Part shown: positions 8,214-16,700 of the stretch, piece by piece | How the letters are laid out: every line of letters begins with the position of its first letter | How positions within the stretch are numbered: position 1 is the first letter of the stretch | Assembly (NCBI GenBank): GCA_934613415.1 | Contig: CAKTSY010000001.1 | Span: 240,001-272,000, forward strand | DNA length: 32,000 bases | Reading direction: 5' to 3' | From: an uncultured Opitutales bacterium | GTDB lineage: Bacteria > Verrucomicrobiota > Verrucomicrobiia > Opitutales > Intestinicryptomonadaceae | Made by a program: the position numbers and the translations under genes | The notes under the pieces: generated by a model | Databases searched by the model: none | Told to the model about the DNA's origin: nothing | The model's input: only the letters and a program-made list of their open reading frames with translations

Positions 8214-8981
8214 CTACAATATTTTTTCGAGAGCCGCCATAACGCCGGCGTCGGAACTAGTTTCGGCAACAATGTCTACAGGCATTGAATGTTTGCGCAT
8301 TCTGGAGGCCGTCGTTTCGCCTATGGCAACCGTTTTTGGTTTTACCGCGCTTTTGTCGATTGCAAAGTTTTTTATGTCGGCAAAAAATGCGTCTACCGCC
8401 GAAGGGCTGCCGAAAACAATAGCGTCGGCACCGAATTTTACAAAGTCTTTCATTGCCGCCGAAATATCGCTTTCGGGGGTTTCTTCGGTTTGGTATACCA
8501 CAAACTTGTCTACAATTGCCCTGCCCTTGCTTTCCAGAGTTTTCGAAAGCTCGTCTTTAGAAAGGTTACCGCAGGCAATCAATATTTGCAAATTGTCCAA
8601 CGACTCGTGCTGCATCATTGCCTCTGCCATAGAAATTGCGTTTTGCTCGGCGGGCACAACGTCGCTAGCCAAGTGGAATTTGTCTTTAAGCGTTCTTGCG
8701 GTAGATTGCCCTACGCACGCAATTTTGCACGCGCCTATGCAGCGAATGTCGTCGTAGCGGCGGAAAAATTCGTTAAAGAAACCGTTTACGCCGTTAGAGC
8801 TTGTAAAGCAAAGCCACTGATAGGTTGCAATGTCGTCTAGCACGTCTGAATTGTCGGGGTTTGAAAGCACAATGTGTATTAAGGGCATATCTATAACGGT
8901 TGCCCCCTTGTCTTTCAACAGGGCTTTTAAGTCGCTATTATCGGGGCGTGTAAGAACTATTCTTTTACCTTTTACGCTCAT
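8214..8981 (-). CDS. hemD: Uroporphyrinogen-III synthase
   Basis: 255 aa with HemD/HEM4-like pattern: KRIVLTRP...L...GATVIDMPLIHI, WLCFTSSNGVNGF, IACVGQSTA, AIVFGSPSAVDAF, VAIGETTA. Confidence 0.8.
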   Translation of the reverse strand: MSVKGKRIVLTRPDNSDLKALLKDKGATVIDMPLIHIVLSNPDNSDVLDDIATYQWLCFTSSNGVNGFFNEFFRRYDDIRCIGACKIACVGQSTARTLKDKFHLASDVVPAEQNAISMAEAMMQHESLDNLQILIACGNLSKDELSKTLESKGRAIVDKFVVYQTEETPESDISAAMKDFVKFGADAIVFGSPSAVDAFFADIKNFAIDKSAVKPKTVAIGETTASRMRKHSMPVDIVAETSSDAGVMAALEKIL

Positions 8982-8987
8982 AATGTT

Positions 8988-10040
8988 TTAATATTCAAAA
9001 GTATCGTTTTCTTTAAGAGTTTTTGCAAACGCCGCAATAAGGTCGGCACAGGCCTGCAAGTCGCGCAAGTCGCAAACTTCGCTGGGAGTGTGCATATAGC
9101 GAAGCGGTATGCCAATCAGCCCTGTAGGAATGCCGCTGCGCGCCATTTGTATTACCCTGGCATCGGTGCCGGTCGGGCGCGCTTCGGCGTTTATCTGGTA
9201 GGCAATCTTGTTCTTTTCGGCACATTCAACAAGCCTTTCAAAAACAACGGGGTTCATATTAGGCCCTCTCGAAATTACCACGCCGCCGCCCAATTTAATG
9301 TCGGGGTTTACGCCAACTTTTGCGGTTGGGTAATCGCTTGAATGTTCAACGTCTACGGCAATGGCAACAGTGGGGTTTACCCCAAATGCCGAGGTTTGCG
9401 CGCCGCGTGTGCCTATTTCCTCCTGCGTTGTGGCAACCGCACACACTGTATAGCCAAGCTTTTTTTCTTTAGAAAGCTGCTTTAGGGCGTTAAATACGCT
9501 GTAGCAGCCAGCCTTGTCGTCTAACGCTTTAGAGGCCAGCCTGTTTTCGGAAAGCTCTACTGGCGAATATTCAAAAACCGCGCTGTCGCCAATCCTTACA
9601 AGCTTTTGGGCTTCGGCTTTGGTAGACACGCCAATATCTATCCACTGGCTGCCTATTTCGGGAACGGTTTTGCGTTCGGCCGGCGTCATTAAGTGTATTG
9701 CCTTTTTGCCTGTTACGCCCTTTACAATGCCGTTTTTGGTAAGAATGTTTACCCTGCGGCCTGCAATCATACAATCGTCGTGGCCGCCAAGTTTGTCGAA
9801 ATACAAATACCCGTTTGCGTCTATAGAAGTTATTATAAAGCCTATTTCGTCGCTATGCGAAGCCAGCATTAGCGTTTTTTTAGAAGCGCCTTTTAGCGTG
9901 GCAATTCTGTTGCCCAAAACGTCTTTTTTAAAGTCGTCTACAAAGGGTTTTACATACTTTTCGACAACGTCGTTAAGCTCTTTTTCGCAACCCGTGGGCG
10001 AGCGTGTGTTCAACAAGTCGTTTAAAAATTTTTTGTCCAT
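8988..10040 (-). CDS. M42 family metallopeptidase (FrvX/YpdE-like aminopeptidase)
   Basis: 350 aa. Metal-ligand motifs in M42 order: HSDEIGF, ALDDKAGC, TTQEEIGTRGA, AIAVDVEHS, YMHTPSE. Confidence 0.85.
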   Translation of the reverse strand: MDKKFLNDLLNTRSPTGCEKELNDVVEKYVKPFVDDFKKDVLGNRIATLKGASKKTLMLASHSDEIGFIITSIDANGYLYFDKLGGHDDCMIAGRRVNILTKNGIVKGVTGKKAIHLMTPAERKTVPEIGSQWIDIGVSTKAEAQKLVRIGDSAVFEYSPVELSENRLASKALDDKAGCYSVFNALKQLSKEKKLGYTVCAVATTQEEIGTRGAQTSAFGVNPTVAIAVDVEHSSDYPTAKVGVNPDIKLGGGVVISRGPNMNPVVFERLVECAEKNKIAYQINAEARPTGTDARVIQMARSGIPTGLIGIPLRYMHTPSEVCDLRDLQACADLIAAFAKTLKENDTFEY

Positions 10041-10046
10041 AATTTT

Positions 10047-11300
10047 TTACATTTCAACTCTTAAATCTTCTATAGAAATCCCCGCAACGGCCTCGGCCAA
10101 TTTGCCGAGCTCGTATTCCGAACCGCTAAACTGGAACACTCTTTGAATGTTTATTTGGCTTTTTTTTGCCCCAAGCTTAAGCGCGGGCGAATTTGTGGAA
10201 ATTTCGTAAAACTGTCCTGCCGCAAGCGATGTGTCGTTTGCAGGGCCATTGTTGTAAACGCTAAGGGCATCGCCCGCAAATTCGTTGTCGCTGCGCTTCC
10301 AAGTGTTGCCAACATATGCCTTGCGCGTTTTCGGCATAGAAAAGCTTACAACAACAAGTATGCGTTTGTCGGCATTGTAGGAAAGCGCAACGCCCTTTGC
10401 CCTTTGCTGCAAAACGCCTATTTCAACCATCTTTTTTGCGTCTGCCCTAAACCTTATAAATTTGGGCGAAACAAAAAGCCTAAATTCGTCGGCAGGCTGA
10501 AAATAGTTGTCGCTGACAACATTGCCCAAAGTTTTTACGTCGCCTTCTTTGTAGGGAATAAAAACGTAGGTAGATTTGCCCGCATTAAAGCAGCTTTGCG
10601 AAACCGCGGCAATAAGCCCGGTGTCGGGCTGCCATTCTTTGTCGGAAGTGTTGGTTATTTTGTCGGTGGCGGCAAAAGCCACCATATCTACACTGTCGGG
10701 AATCTTTGCCGACAGCACCTTTTCGGCGTCTGACTTGTTTAAAGACACAATCTGCCTTTCAACCTTAAAATCAAATTGGGCCCCCTTTGCGTTCTTTACG
10801 CTTGCCGATTTTTCCAAAGCAATTCTTGTTTTATCGGCAAAAACAAGGTTCCACTGGCTTGCGCCCAAAAATTGTGGGGCTTTCCACTTTTCGGGAATCA
10901 TTAAGTCGCCCGAGCCGAAAAACAGGGCGTATTGACCGCCTTCGGGGGCAAGCGAAAACCTGTTTAAACCGCCTATTATGCTGCGCGAAGTTTCCGTTAT
11001 GTCTTTTTTAGCAACCAAGTTGCGATTGTACCAACCAAGGCTTTTGCCCGAAGCTCCGTCTAAAGTGGCAACCATTACCCTGCCGCCAAGCTTTGGCGAA
11101 ACCGCTATATACGCGCCGTTTTCACCCAAAATTTCGCAGTCGGCATAGGTTCTAAGCAAAGATACGTCTTTCCCGAAAGTCCACTTCGATGCCTCGTTTT
11201 GGCGGTTTTCTTCTATAACGCCGCAAGCGCAAAGCGCAATGGCTGCCGACAAAACGGGTGCTAATTTAAGAAAATTATTCATATATGCAAATTGTTGCAT
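10047..11300 (-). CDS. Exported hypothetical protein (signal peptide, possible lipoprotein)
   Basis: 417-aa ORF. The N-terminal hydrophobic segment LKLAPVLSAAIALCACG suggests a signal peptide or lipobox. I recognise no catalytic motif. 6-nt gap to the M42 gene. Alternative ATG at 11282. Confidence 0.6.
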   Translation of the reverse strand: MQQFAYMNNFLKLAPVLSAAIALCACGVIEENRQNEASKWTFGKDVSLLRTYADCEILGENGAYIAVSPKLGGRVMVATLDGASGKSLGWYNRNLVAKKDITETSRSIIGGLNRFSLAPEGGQYALFFGSGDLMIPEKWKAPQFLGASQWNLVFADKTRIALEKSASVKNAKGAQFDFKVERQIVSLNKSDAEKVLSAKIPDSVDMVAFAATDKITNTSDKEWQPDTGLIAAVSQSCFNAGKSTYVFIPYKEGDVKTLGNVVSDNYFQPADEFRLFVSPKFIRFRADAKKMVEIGVLQQRAKGVALSYNADKRILVVVSFSMPKTRKAYVGNTWKRSDNEFAGDALSVYNNGPANDTSLAAGQFYEISTNSPALKLGAKKSQINIQRVFQFSGSEYELGKLAEAVAGISIEDLRVEM

Positions 11301-11402
11301 AAATGGGAATTTTCTTCAATTCAATTTTTATAAAAATAAAGCAAAAAAAACTTTACAAATTCAAATAAATATATTTCATTGTGTCTTTTATCTTATACAG
11401 AA

Positions 11403-11594
11403 ATGCAAAAGACAAAGAAATCGATAGTTAAACGCTTCAAAGTAACCGCAACCGGCAAGCTCCTTCGCAGAAAGCCCGGCAAGCGCCACTTGCTCAGCGC
11501 AAAAAACACTAAGCAAAGACGCAGAATGAGCCAGGACCAGAAGGTATCTGACGGACACGCGGCCGCCCTCAAAAAGGGTATGCCCTTCGCATAA
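11403..11594 (+). CDS. rpmI: 50S ribosomal protein L35
   Basis: MQKTKKSIVKRFKVTATGKLLRRKPGKRHLLSAKNTKQRRR matches the L35 pattern. The ORF-track start at 11379 is a TTG, so I use the ATG at 11403. Followed by rplT. Confidence 0.85.
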   Translation: MQKTKKSIVKRFKVTATGKLLRRKPGKRHLLSAKNTKQRRRMSQDQKVSDGHAAALKKGMPFA

Positions 11595-11679
11595 TAAAAA
11601 GCAAACATCAACAGGCTGAAGGGGTGTTTTTTTAGGCGACCCCAAGGCTACATAAAACAATAATCGGAGATTATATAAC

Positions 11680-12039
11680 ATGCCAAAAGTAACAAATGCA
11701 GTATATACCCGCAAACGCAGGCGCAGCGTATTAAAGCAGGCCCGCGGGTATTTCGGTAACAAGTCGCGTTTGTATCGCTATGCAAAAGACGCGGTTCAAC
11801 ACGCTGGTAAATACGCTTATAGAGACCGCAGGGTTCGCAGGCGCGAATTCCGCAAGCTCTGGATAGTTCGTATTAACGCAGTTTGCAGAAATTGCGGCTT
11901 TAAATACAGCCAGTTTATGAGCGCGTTAAAGTCGATGAACGTACAACTCGACAGAAAACAGCTTGCAGAATTGGCTATTAACGACGAAGCAGCATTCAAC
12001 GCTCTTGTTGAAAAGGCCAAGGCTCAGATTGCCAAGTAA
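11680..12039 (+). CDS. rplT: 50S ribosomal protein L20
   Basis: MPKVTNAVYTRKRRRSVLKQARGYFGNKSRLYRYAKDAV...YRDRRVRRREFRKLWIVRINA is the canonical L20 sequence. GGAG lies about 12 nt upstream of the ATG. Confidence 0.95.
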   Translation: MPKVTNAVYTRKRRRSVLKQARGYFGNKSRLYRYAKDAVQHAGKYAYRDRRVRRREFRKLWIVRINAVCRNCGFKYSQFMSALKSMNVQLDRKQLAELAINDEAAFNALVEKAKAQIAK

Positions 12040-12060
12040 TAAACCTTTATAAAATTTAAA

Positions 12061-12091
12061 AGAGGGGCTTTTCTAAGCCTCTCTTTTTTTG
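12061..12091 (+). terminator. Rho-independent terminator of rpmI-rplT
   Basis: Stem agaggggctt (12061-12070) / aagcctctct (12075-12084): 10 bp including one G-U, with a 4-nt loop, followed by a T7 run. Confidence 0.75.
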
Positions 12092-12252
12092 TGCATATTC
12101 GTTCCCAATTTTCGCTCTATAACCATTTTTACCTAAAAATAAAATGCGAACTTTTTTGCGCGTATATAAACCCCATTTTCTGCCCTACTTTTTAGAACTT
12201 GTCTTTTAAGAAAAAACTTAAGCTAATTCCATAAAAACTTTGGGTGCTTACA

Positions 12253-12297
12253 CAAAAAAAACGCAGGTCTTTTACGACCCGCGTTTTTTGTTTTTTT
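12253..12297. terminator. Hairpin terminator downstream of valS (A-run and T-run on both sides, potentially bidirectional)
   Basis: Stem acgcaggtc (12261-12269) / gacccgcgt (12276-12284): 9 bp with one mismatch. It is preceded by A8 and followed by ttttttgttttttt. It lies 26 nt past the valS stop on the minus strand. Confidence 0.65.
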
Positions 12298-12309
12298 AGC
12301 AAAATTTGC

Positions 12310-14991
12310 CTAGCCTAAAATCTTTTCAAGCTCGGCAAGCTTAGATTCGTATTGGGCAAGCTGTTTTTTTGCCCCTTCTATAACATTTGCGGGAGCTTTC
12401 GAAACAAATGCCTGATTTGCAAGTCTTGCCTTTGTAGATGCAATTAGCGATACAATCTTTTCCTTTTCCTTTTCAAGTTTCGCTTTGTCTTGCGCCGACG
12501 ATTCTTGCGAAAGAATAAGGTATATTGTTGCCGCTTTTGCAACGCTTACGGGCGACTGTATTTCGCCCGAAATTTCGGTTAGAGTATCTAACCCTATAAG
12601 CTTTTTAAGCTGTTCGCTGTTTAAGGCAAGCAACTGCTTAGAAGAAGCTTTTGCAATGTAGCTCATATTAACGTGCTTATTTGTTGCAAGCTTGTATTGC
12701 GATTTTAGCGCGCGCGCTTGGGCAACAAAGTCTTTAAGCATTTCTACATTTTCCAACGCCGAAGCGTTTAGCTTTAAGGCAGCCTTAAACTTTTCGGCGT
12801 CTAGGTACGGATACACATTTTGTATATATTCGCCCTCTTTGCCGAAGCCCATACTGTGCCACAATTCCTCGGTTATAAACGGAGTAAACGGGTGCAGCAT
12901 AAGCAAGGTTTGCCTTATGCACAAATCCTGTATGGCAAGAATGGTTTTCTTTGCGTTTTCGTCGGCCATTCTCGACTTTGAAACTTCCAAATACCAGTCG
13001 CAAAAATCGTTCCAGAAAAACGAATATATGTCTTGCGTGATTGCATTAAACTGGTATGCCGAATAGTCTTTCTTTATAGATTCTGCCGTATTTAGCAGGC
13101 TTAAAATAAGCGCTTTGTCGTTGTCGTCTATAATCGAAGTGTCTATTCTCGAAACGATTTCGTCTACACTAGAGCATTTGCCAAGCTCGCCTTGCATTTG
13201 CCTAAAGCGGCAGGCGTTCCACAACTTGTTGCAGAAATTGCGGCCAAGCTGAACTCTGTCTTCGCTAAAGAGAATGTCTTGCCCTTGCGGTGCGCAATTC
13301 ATAATGCCGAAACGCAGACCGTCGGCGCCGTATTTTGCAATCAAATCCAGCGGGTCGGGCGAATTACCCAAGCTTTTCGACATTTTTCTGCCCTGCATAT
13401 CCCTTATAATGCCCGTAAAGTATACGTTTTTAAAGGGAATGCGGTCTTTTTCTTCGCCTTCGGTAAATTCCAAGCCCGCCATAATCATTCTGGCAACCCA
13501 GAAGAATATGATGTCGGGGCCGGTTACCAAAGTGGAAGTTGGGTAATACCTGTTTAGCCCCAATTTTTCGGAATTTTCCTTGTTAGGCCAACCGAATATG
13601 CCGAAAGGCCACAACCACGACGACGCCCATGTGTCGAGCGAGTCTTCGTCTTGAACCCAGTTTTCGGCATCAGCGGGGGCGGTTTCGCCCACATAAACGT
13701 GTTCGGGGTTGTTAAAGTCTATGTTGGCAACGCCCTTTTTATACCAAACGGGAATTCTGTGCCCCCACCAAATTTGGCGGCTTATGCACCAGTCGCGAAT
13801 ATTGTCGAGCCAGTGCAAATAGGTTTTTTCCCAGCGTGCGGGCCAAAACTTTATAAGGCCTTTTTCTACAACCTCTTTGGCTTCCTTTACATGCGGGTAC
13901 CTCATAAACCACTGGTCGGAAACGCGCGGCTCTATGGGAACCCCGCCTCTTTCCGAAAAGCCGACGTTGTTTTCGTAATCTTTTACCTCAATTAAAAGCC
14001 CCATTTTGTCGAGCTTTTCAACCGCCTTTTCGCGCGCTTTAAACCTGTCTAGCCCTACAAAGTCTTCGCCCGCCAACTCGTTCATAGTTGCATCGGGGTT
14101 CATTACGGTAATTACTTCAAGGTTGTGCCTTTTGCCTATTTCAAAGTCGGCGGGGTCGTGCGCGGGGGTTACCTTTAATACGCCCGTACCGAATTTAATG
14201 TCTACGGCTTCGTCGCCAATAATGGGAATTTCCTTTTCGGGGAAAGGCCTAATGCACTTTTTGCCAACCAAATGCGCATAGCGCGGGTCGTTGGGGTTTA
14301 CGGCAACGGCCGAGTCGCCCATAATGGTTTCGGGGCGCGTTGTGCAGATTTCAAGATAGCCGCTTTTGTCGGCAAGCTGGTATTTCATCTTGTAAATCTT
14401 GCTCTTTTGGGGGGTCATAATAACCTCTTCGTCGGAAAGAGCCGTAAGGTTTACAGGACACCAATTTACCATTCTTTTGCCGCGGTAAATATAGCCTTGC
14501 TTGTAAAGTTCAACAAATGCCTTAATTACGCCTTTCGAATAGTCGTCGTCTAAAGTGTGGACAAGCCTGCTCCAGTCGCACGAAGCCCCAAGCTTTTTAA
14601 GCTGCTCTATAATTATGCCGCCGTGCTTGTCGCGCCATTGTTTGGCAACTTCCAAAAACTTGTCGCGCCCAAGCTTTTTTGCCGAAAGCCCCTCTTTGCG
14701 AAGGTACGCTTCTACCTTTGTTTGGGTTGCAACACCCGCGTGGTCGGTGCCGGGCACCCAAACCGCGCTTTTGCCGTTTTGGCGCGCATTGCGTATTAAA
14801 ATATCCTGAATGGTGTTGTTTAAAACGTGCCCCATTGTAAGCACACCCGTAACATTCGGGGGCGGCATTGCTATTGAATACGCTTCTTTAGTAGGGTCGC
14901 TAGACGGCTTAAAACAGCCGTTTTCAACCCACTGGCTATACCATTTGTCTTCTACTTTTTGAGGCTCGTAGGCCTTTGAAATATCGCTCAT
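12310..14991 (-). CDS. valS: Valine--tRNA ligase
   Basis: 893 aa. The N-terminus MSDISKAYEPQKVEDKWYSQW, PPPNVTGVLTMGH (HIGH region), KMSKSLGN, and a C-terminal coiled-coil tail are typical of ValRS. Confidence 0.97.
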   Translation of the reverse strand: MSDISKAYEPQKVEDKWYSQWVENGCFKPSSDPTKEAYSIAMPPPNVTGVLTMGHVLNNTIQDILIRNARQNGKSAVWVPGTDHAGVATQTKVEAYLRKEGLSAKKLGRDKFLEVAKQWRDKHGGIIIEQLKKLGASCDWSRLVHTLDDDYSKGVIKAFVELYKQGYIYRGKRMVNWCPVNLTALSDEEVIMTPQKSKIYKMKYQLADKSGYLEICTTRPETIMGDSAVAVNPNDPRYAHLVGKKCIRPFPEKEIPIIGDEAVDIKFGTGVLKVTPAHDPADFEIGKRHNLEVITVMNPDATMNELAGEDFVGLDRFKAREKAVEKLDKMGLLIEVKDYENNVGFSERGGVPIEPRVSDQWFMRYPHVKEAKEVVEKGLIKFWPARWEKTYLHWLDNIRDWCISRQIWWGHRIPVWYKKGVANIDFNNPEHVYVGETAPADAENWVQDEDSLDTWASSWLWPFGIFGWPNKENSEKLGLNRYYPTSTLVTGPDIIFFWVARMIMAGLEFTEGEEKDRIPFKNVYFTGIIRDMQGRKMSKSLGNSPDPLDLIAKYGADGLRFGIMNCAPQGQDILFSEDRVQLGRNFCNKLWNACRFRQMQGELGKCSSVDEIVSRIDTSIIDDNDKALILSLLNTAESIKKDYSAYQFNAITQDIYSFFWNDFCDWYLEVSKSRMADENAKKTILAIQDLCIRQTLLMLHPFTPFITEELWHSMGFGKEGEYIQNVYPYLDAEKFKAALKLNASALENVEMLKDFVAQARALKSQYKLATNKHVNMSYIAKASSKQLLALNSEQLKKLIGLDTLTEISGEIQSPVSVAKAATIYLILSQESSAQDKAKLEKEKEKIVSLIASTKARLANQAFVSKAPANVIEGAKKQLAQYESKLAELEKILG

Positions 14992-16238
14992 TACTGTTTA
15001 AACCTTTTAAATAACAAAGTTCCGTTGTGTCCACCAAAGCCCAAGTTTGTGCTAATGGCAGTATCTACCTTCGCCTGCCTTGCAACGTTGGGAACGTAGT
15101 CCAAATCGCAGTCGGGGTCGGGGTTTTCGTAGTTTATTGTGGGCGGAACAATACCCGTTTCTATAGTCTTTGCGCAAATTGCCGCTTCAAGCGCACCTGC
15201 AGCCCCAAGCAAGTGGCCTGTCATACTCTTTGTAGAGCTAATCATAAGGTCTTTTGCGTAAGGGCCAAACACCTTGTGTATCGCCAGCGTTTCAAACTTG
15301 TCGTTGTAGGGCGTCGAAGTTCCGTGCGCGTTTATATAGTCTACGTCTTGTATCGAAACTTTTGCGTCGTCTAAAACCCTTTCCAAGCAGTGGGTTAATC
15401 CCCTGCCCTCTATGTCGGGGCTTGTAATATGGTAGGCGTCGCAAGTTGCGCCGTAGCCCGAAAGCTCGCAATATATTTTCGCGCCTCTGGCCAATGCGTG
15501 GTCTAGCCTTTCAAGCACCAAAACGCCCGCGCCCTCGCCCATAACAAAGCCGCACCTGTCGGCGTCGAATGGCCTCGAAGCCCTAGAAGGCTCGTCGTTA
15601 AAGTTTGTTGCCATTGCCTTCATTGCGCAAAAGCCCGCAAAGCTTAGGGGGGTTACCGCAGCTTCGCTGCCGCCCGCCAAAATAATGTCTTCTTTGCCAA
15701 GCTGCAGGTGAAGCATAGCCTCGCCTATGGCGTGTGTGCCGGTTGCGCACGCGCTTACAACCGAAAAGTTTACGCCTTTTGCCCCCAGCGCAATTGCCAC
15801 AACGCCCGAAGCCATATTCGCCAAAAGATTTGGTATCATAAACGGCGAAACCCTGCGAGGGCCCCTTTGAACGAAAGCGGTTGTCTGCTTTTCGATGGTA
15901 TCCATACCGCCTACGCCCGAACCGATTAGCACGCCCATTCTGTTCATATCCATCTTTTCAAGGTCTAGCCCTGCGTCTTTTACCGCAAGCTTGGCTGCCG
16001 CCATTGCAAAGTGGGTGTATCTGTCGCTACGCTTTGCCTCTTTTGCGTCCATATAATTTTCGGCAACAAAGTTGCGGCATTCCGAAGCCACTTGGCAGTT
16101 TAATTGCGAAGCGTCGAAAAGGCTAACCGATGTTATGCCGCTTTTACCTTCGCATAGATTCGACCACAAAGCATCTATGCCGTCGCCGAAAGTCGAAATT
16201 ACGCCCAGACCTGTAACAACTATTCTCTCTTGGCTCAT
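14991..16238 (-). CDS. fabF: 3-oxoacyl-ACP synthase II
   Basis: 415 aa. Active-site Cys context VVSACATGTHAIGEA, His motifs NAHGTSTP and GHLLGAAG, C-terminal GFGGHNGTLLF. Confidence 0.95.
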   Translation of the reverse strand: MSQERIVVTGLGVISTFGDGIDALWSNLCEGKSGITSVSLFDASQLNCQVASECRNFVAENYMDAKEAKRSDRYTHFAMAAAKLAVKDAGLDLEKMDMNRMGVLIGSGVGGMDTIEKQTTAFVQRGPRRVSPFMIPNLLANMASGVVAIALGAKGVNFSVVSACATGTHAIGEAMLHLQLGKEDIILAGGSEAAVTPLSFAGFCAMKAMATNFNDEPSRASRPFDADRCGFVMGEGAGVLVLERLDHALARGAKIYCELSGYGATCDAYHITSPDIEGRGLTHCLERVLDDAKVSIQDVDYINAHGTSTPYNDKFETLAIHKVFGPYAKDLMISSTKSMTGHLLGAAGALEAAICAKTIETGIVPPTINYENPDPDCDLDYVPNVARQAKVDTAISTNLGFGGHNGTLLFKRFKQ

Positions 16239-16286
16239 AACGTATCCTAACTAACTGAAATTAACAAAGTTATAAAAAACCAGAAA

Positions 16287-16316
16287 ACCCGTTAGAAGCA
16301 AAGCCAACTAACGGGT
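16287..16316 (-). terminator. Hairpin between acpP and fabF (probable partial terminator or attenuator)
   Basis: Perfect 9-bp stem acccgttag (16287-16295) / ctaacgggt (16308-16316) with a 12-nt loop. On the minus strand it is followed by ttttctggtttttt. Confidence 0.55.
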
Positions 16317-16350
16317 ATTCTACAAAAATTATCTAGTTATAATCTTGCAA

Positions 16351-16608
16351 CTAATTGTTGGCCTTCGATTTTTCTTTGATATAGTCGATTACCTTTCCGA
16401 CAGTTGTAAGCTTTTCGCCGTCGGATTCGGGAATTTCTTCTTTAATATCGTCCTTAAATTCTTCTTCAAAAGCCATTATAAGCTCAACCTGATCGAGAGA
16501 ATCGGCACCCAAATCGTCAACAAAAGACGCTTCGGGGGTAATTTGCTCTTCGTTAACTTGGAGCTGTTTTACTATGATATCTTTTACTCTTTTTTCAATG
16601 TCTGACAT
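16351..16608 (-). CDS. acpP: Acyl carrier protein
   Basis: 85 aa. The phosphopantetheine attachment motif [19 protein letters not shown] is present. Confidence 0.95.
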   Translation of the reverse strand: MSDIEKRVKDIIVKQLQVNEEQITPEASFVDDLGADSLDQVELIMAFEEEFKDDIKEEIPESDGEKLTTVGKVIDYIKEKSKANN

Positions 16609-16700
16609 AGTTTTATTTCTTATGGTTATTCGTGTATAAACTTATGTTTATAATTATGGTTCAAATAATGTACTCTTTTGCGGTTTTGTAAAGCTTTTTT

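Noticed and set aside
11327-11338. Perfect 12-bp palindrome TTTTTATAAAAA in the divergent promoter region upstream of rpmI.
   Set aside because: A pure A/T palindrome of this kind arises easily in AT-rich intergenic DNA. There is no second copy or other supporting context.
11595-11679. Possible regulatory hairpin (ggggt...acccc) in the rpmI-rplT spacer, considered as an L20-responsive element or attenuator.
   Set aside because: It has only a 5-bp stem with a 13-nt loop and no following U-tract. That is too weak to call from sequence alone.
12144-12209. 21-codon ORF (MRTFLRVYKPHFLPYFLELVF) in the rplT-valS spacer.
   Set aside because: It has no ribosome-binding site and no promoter I could identify, and such short frames arise by chance in AT-rich spacers. 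It is mentioned only within the low-interest spacer finding.
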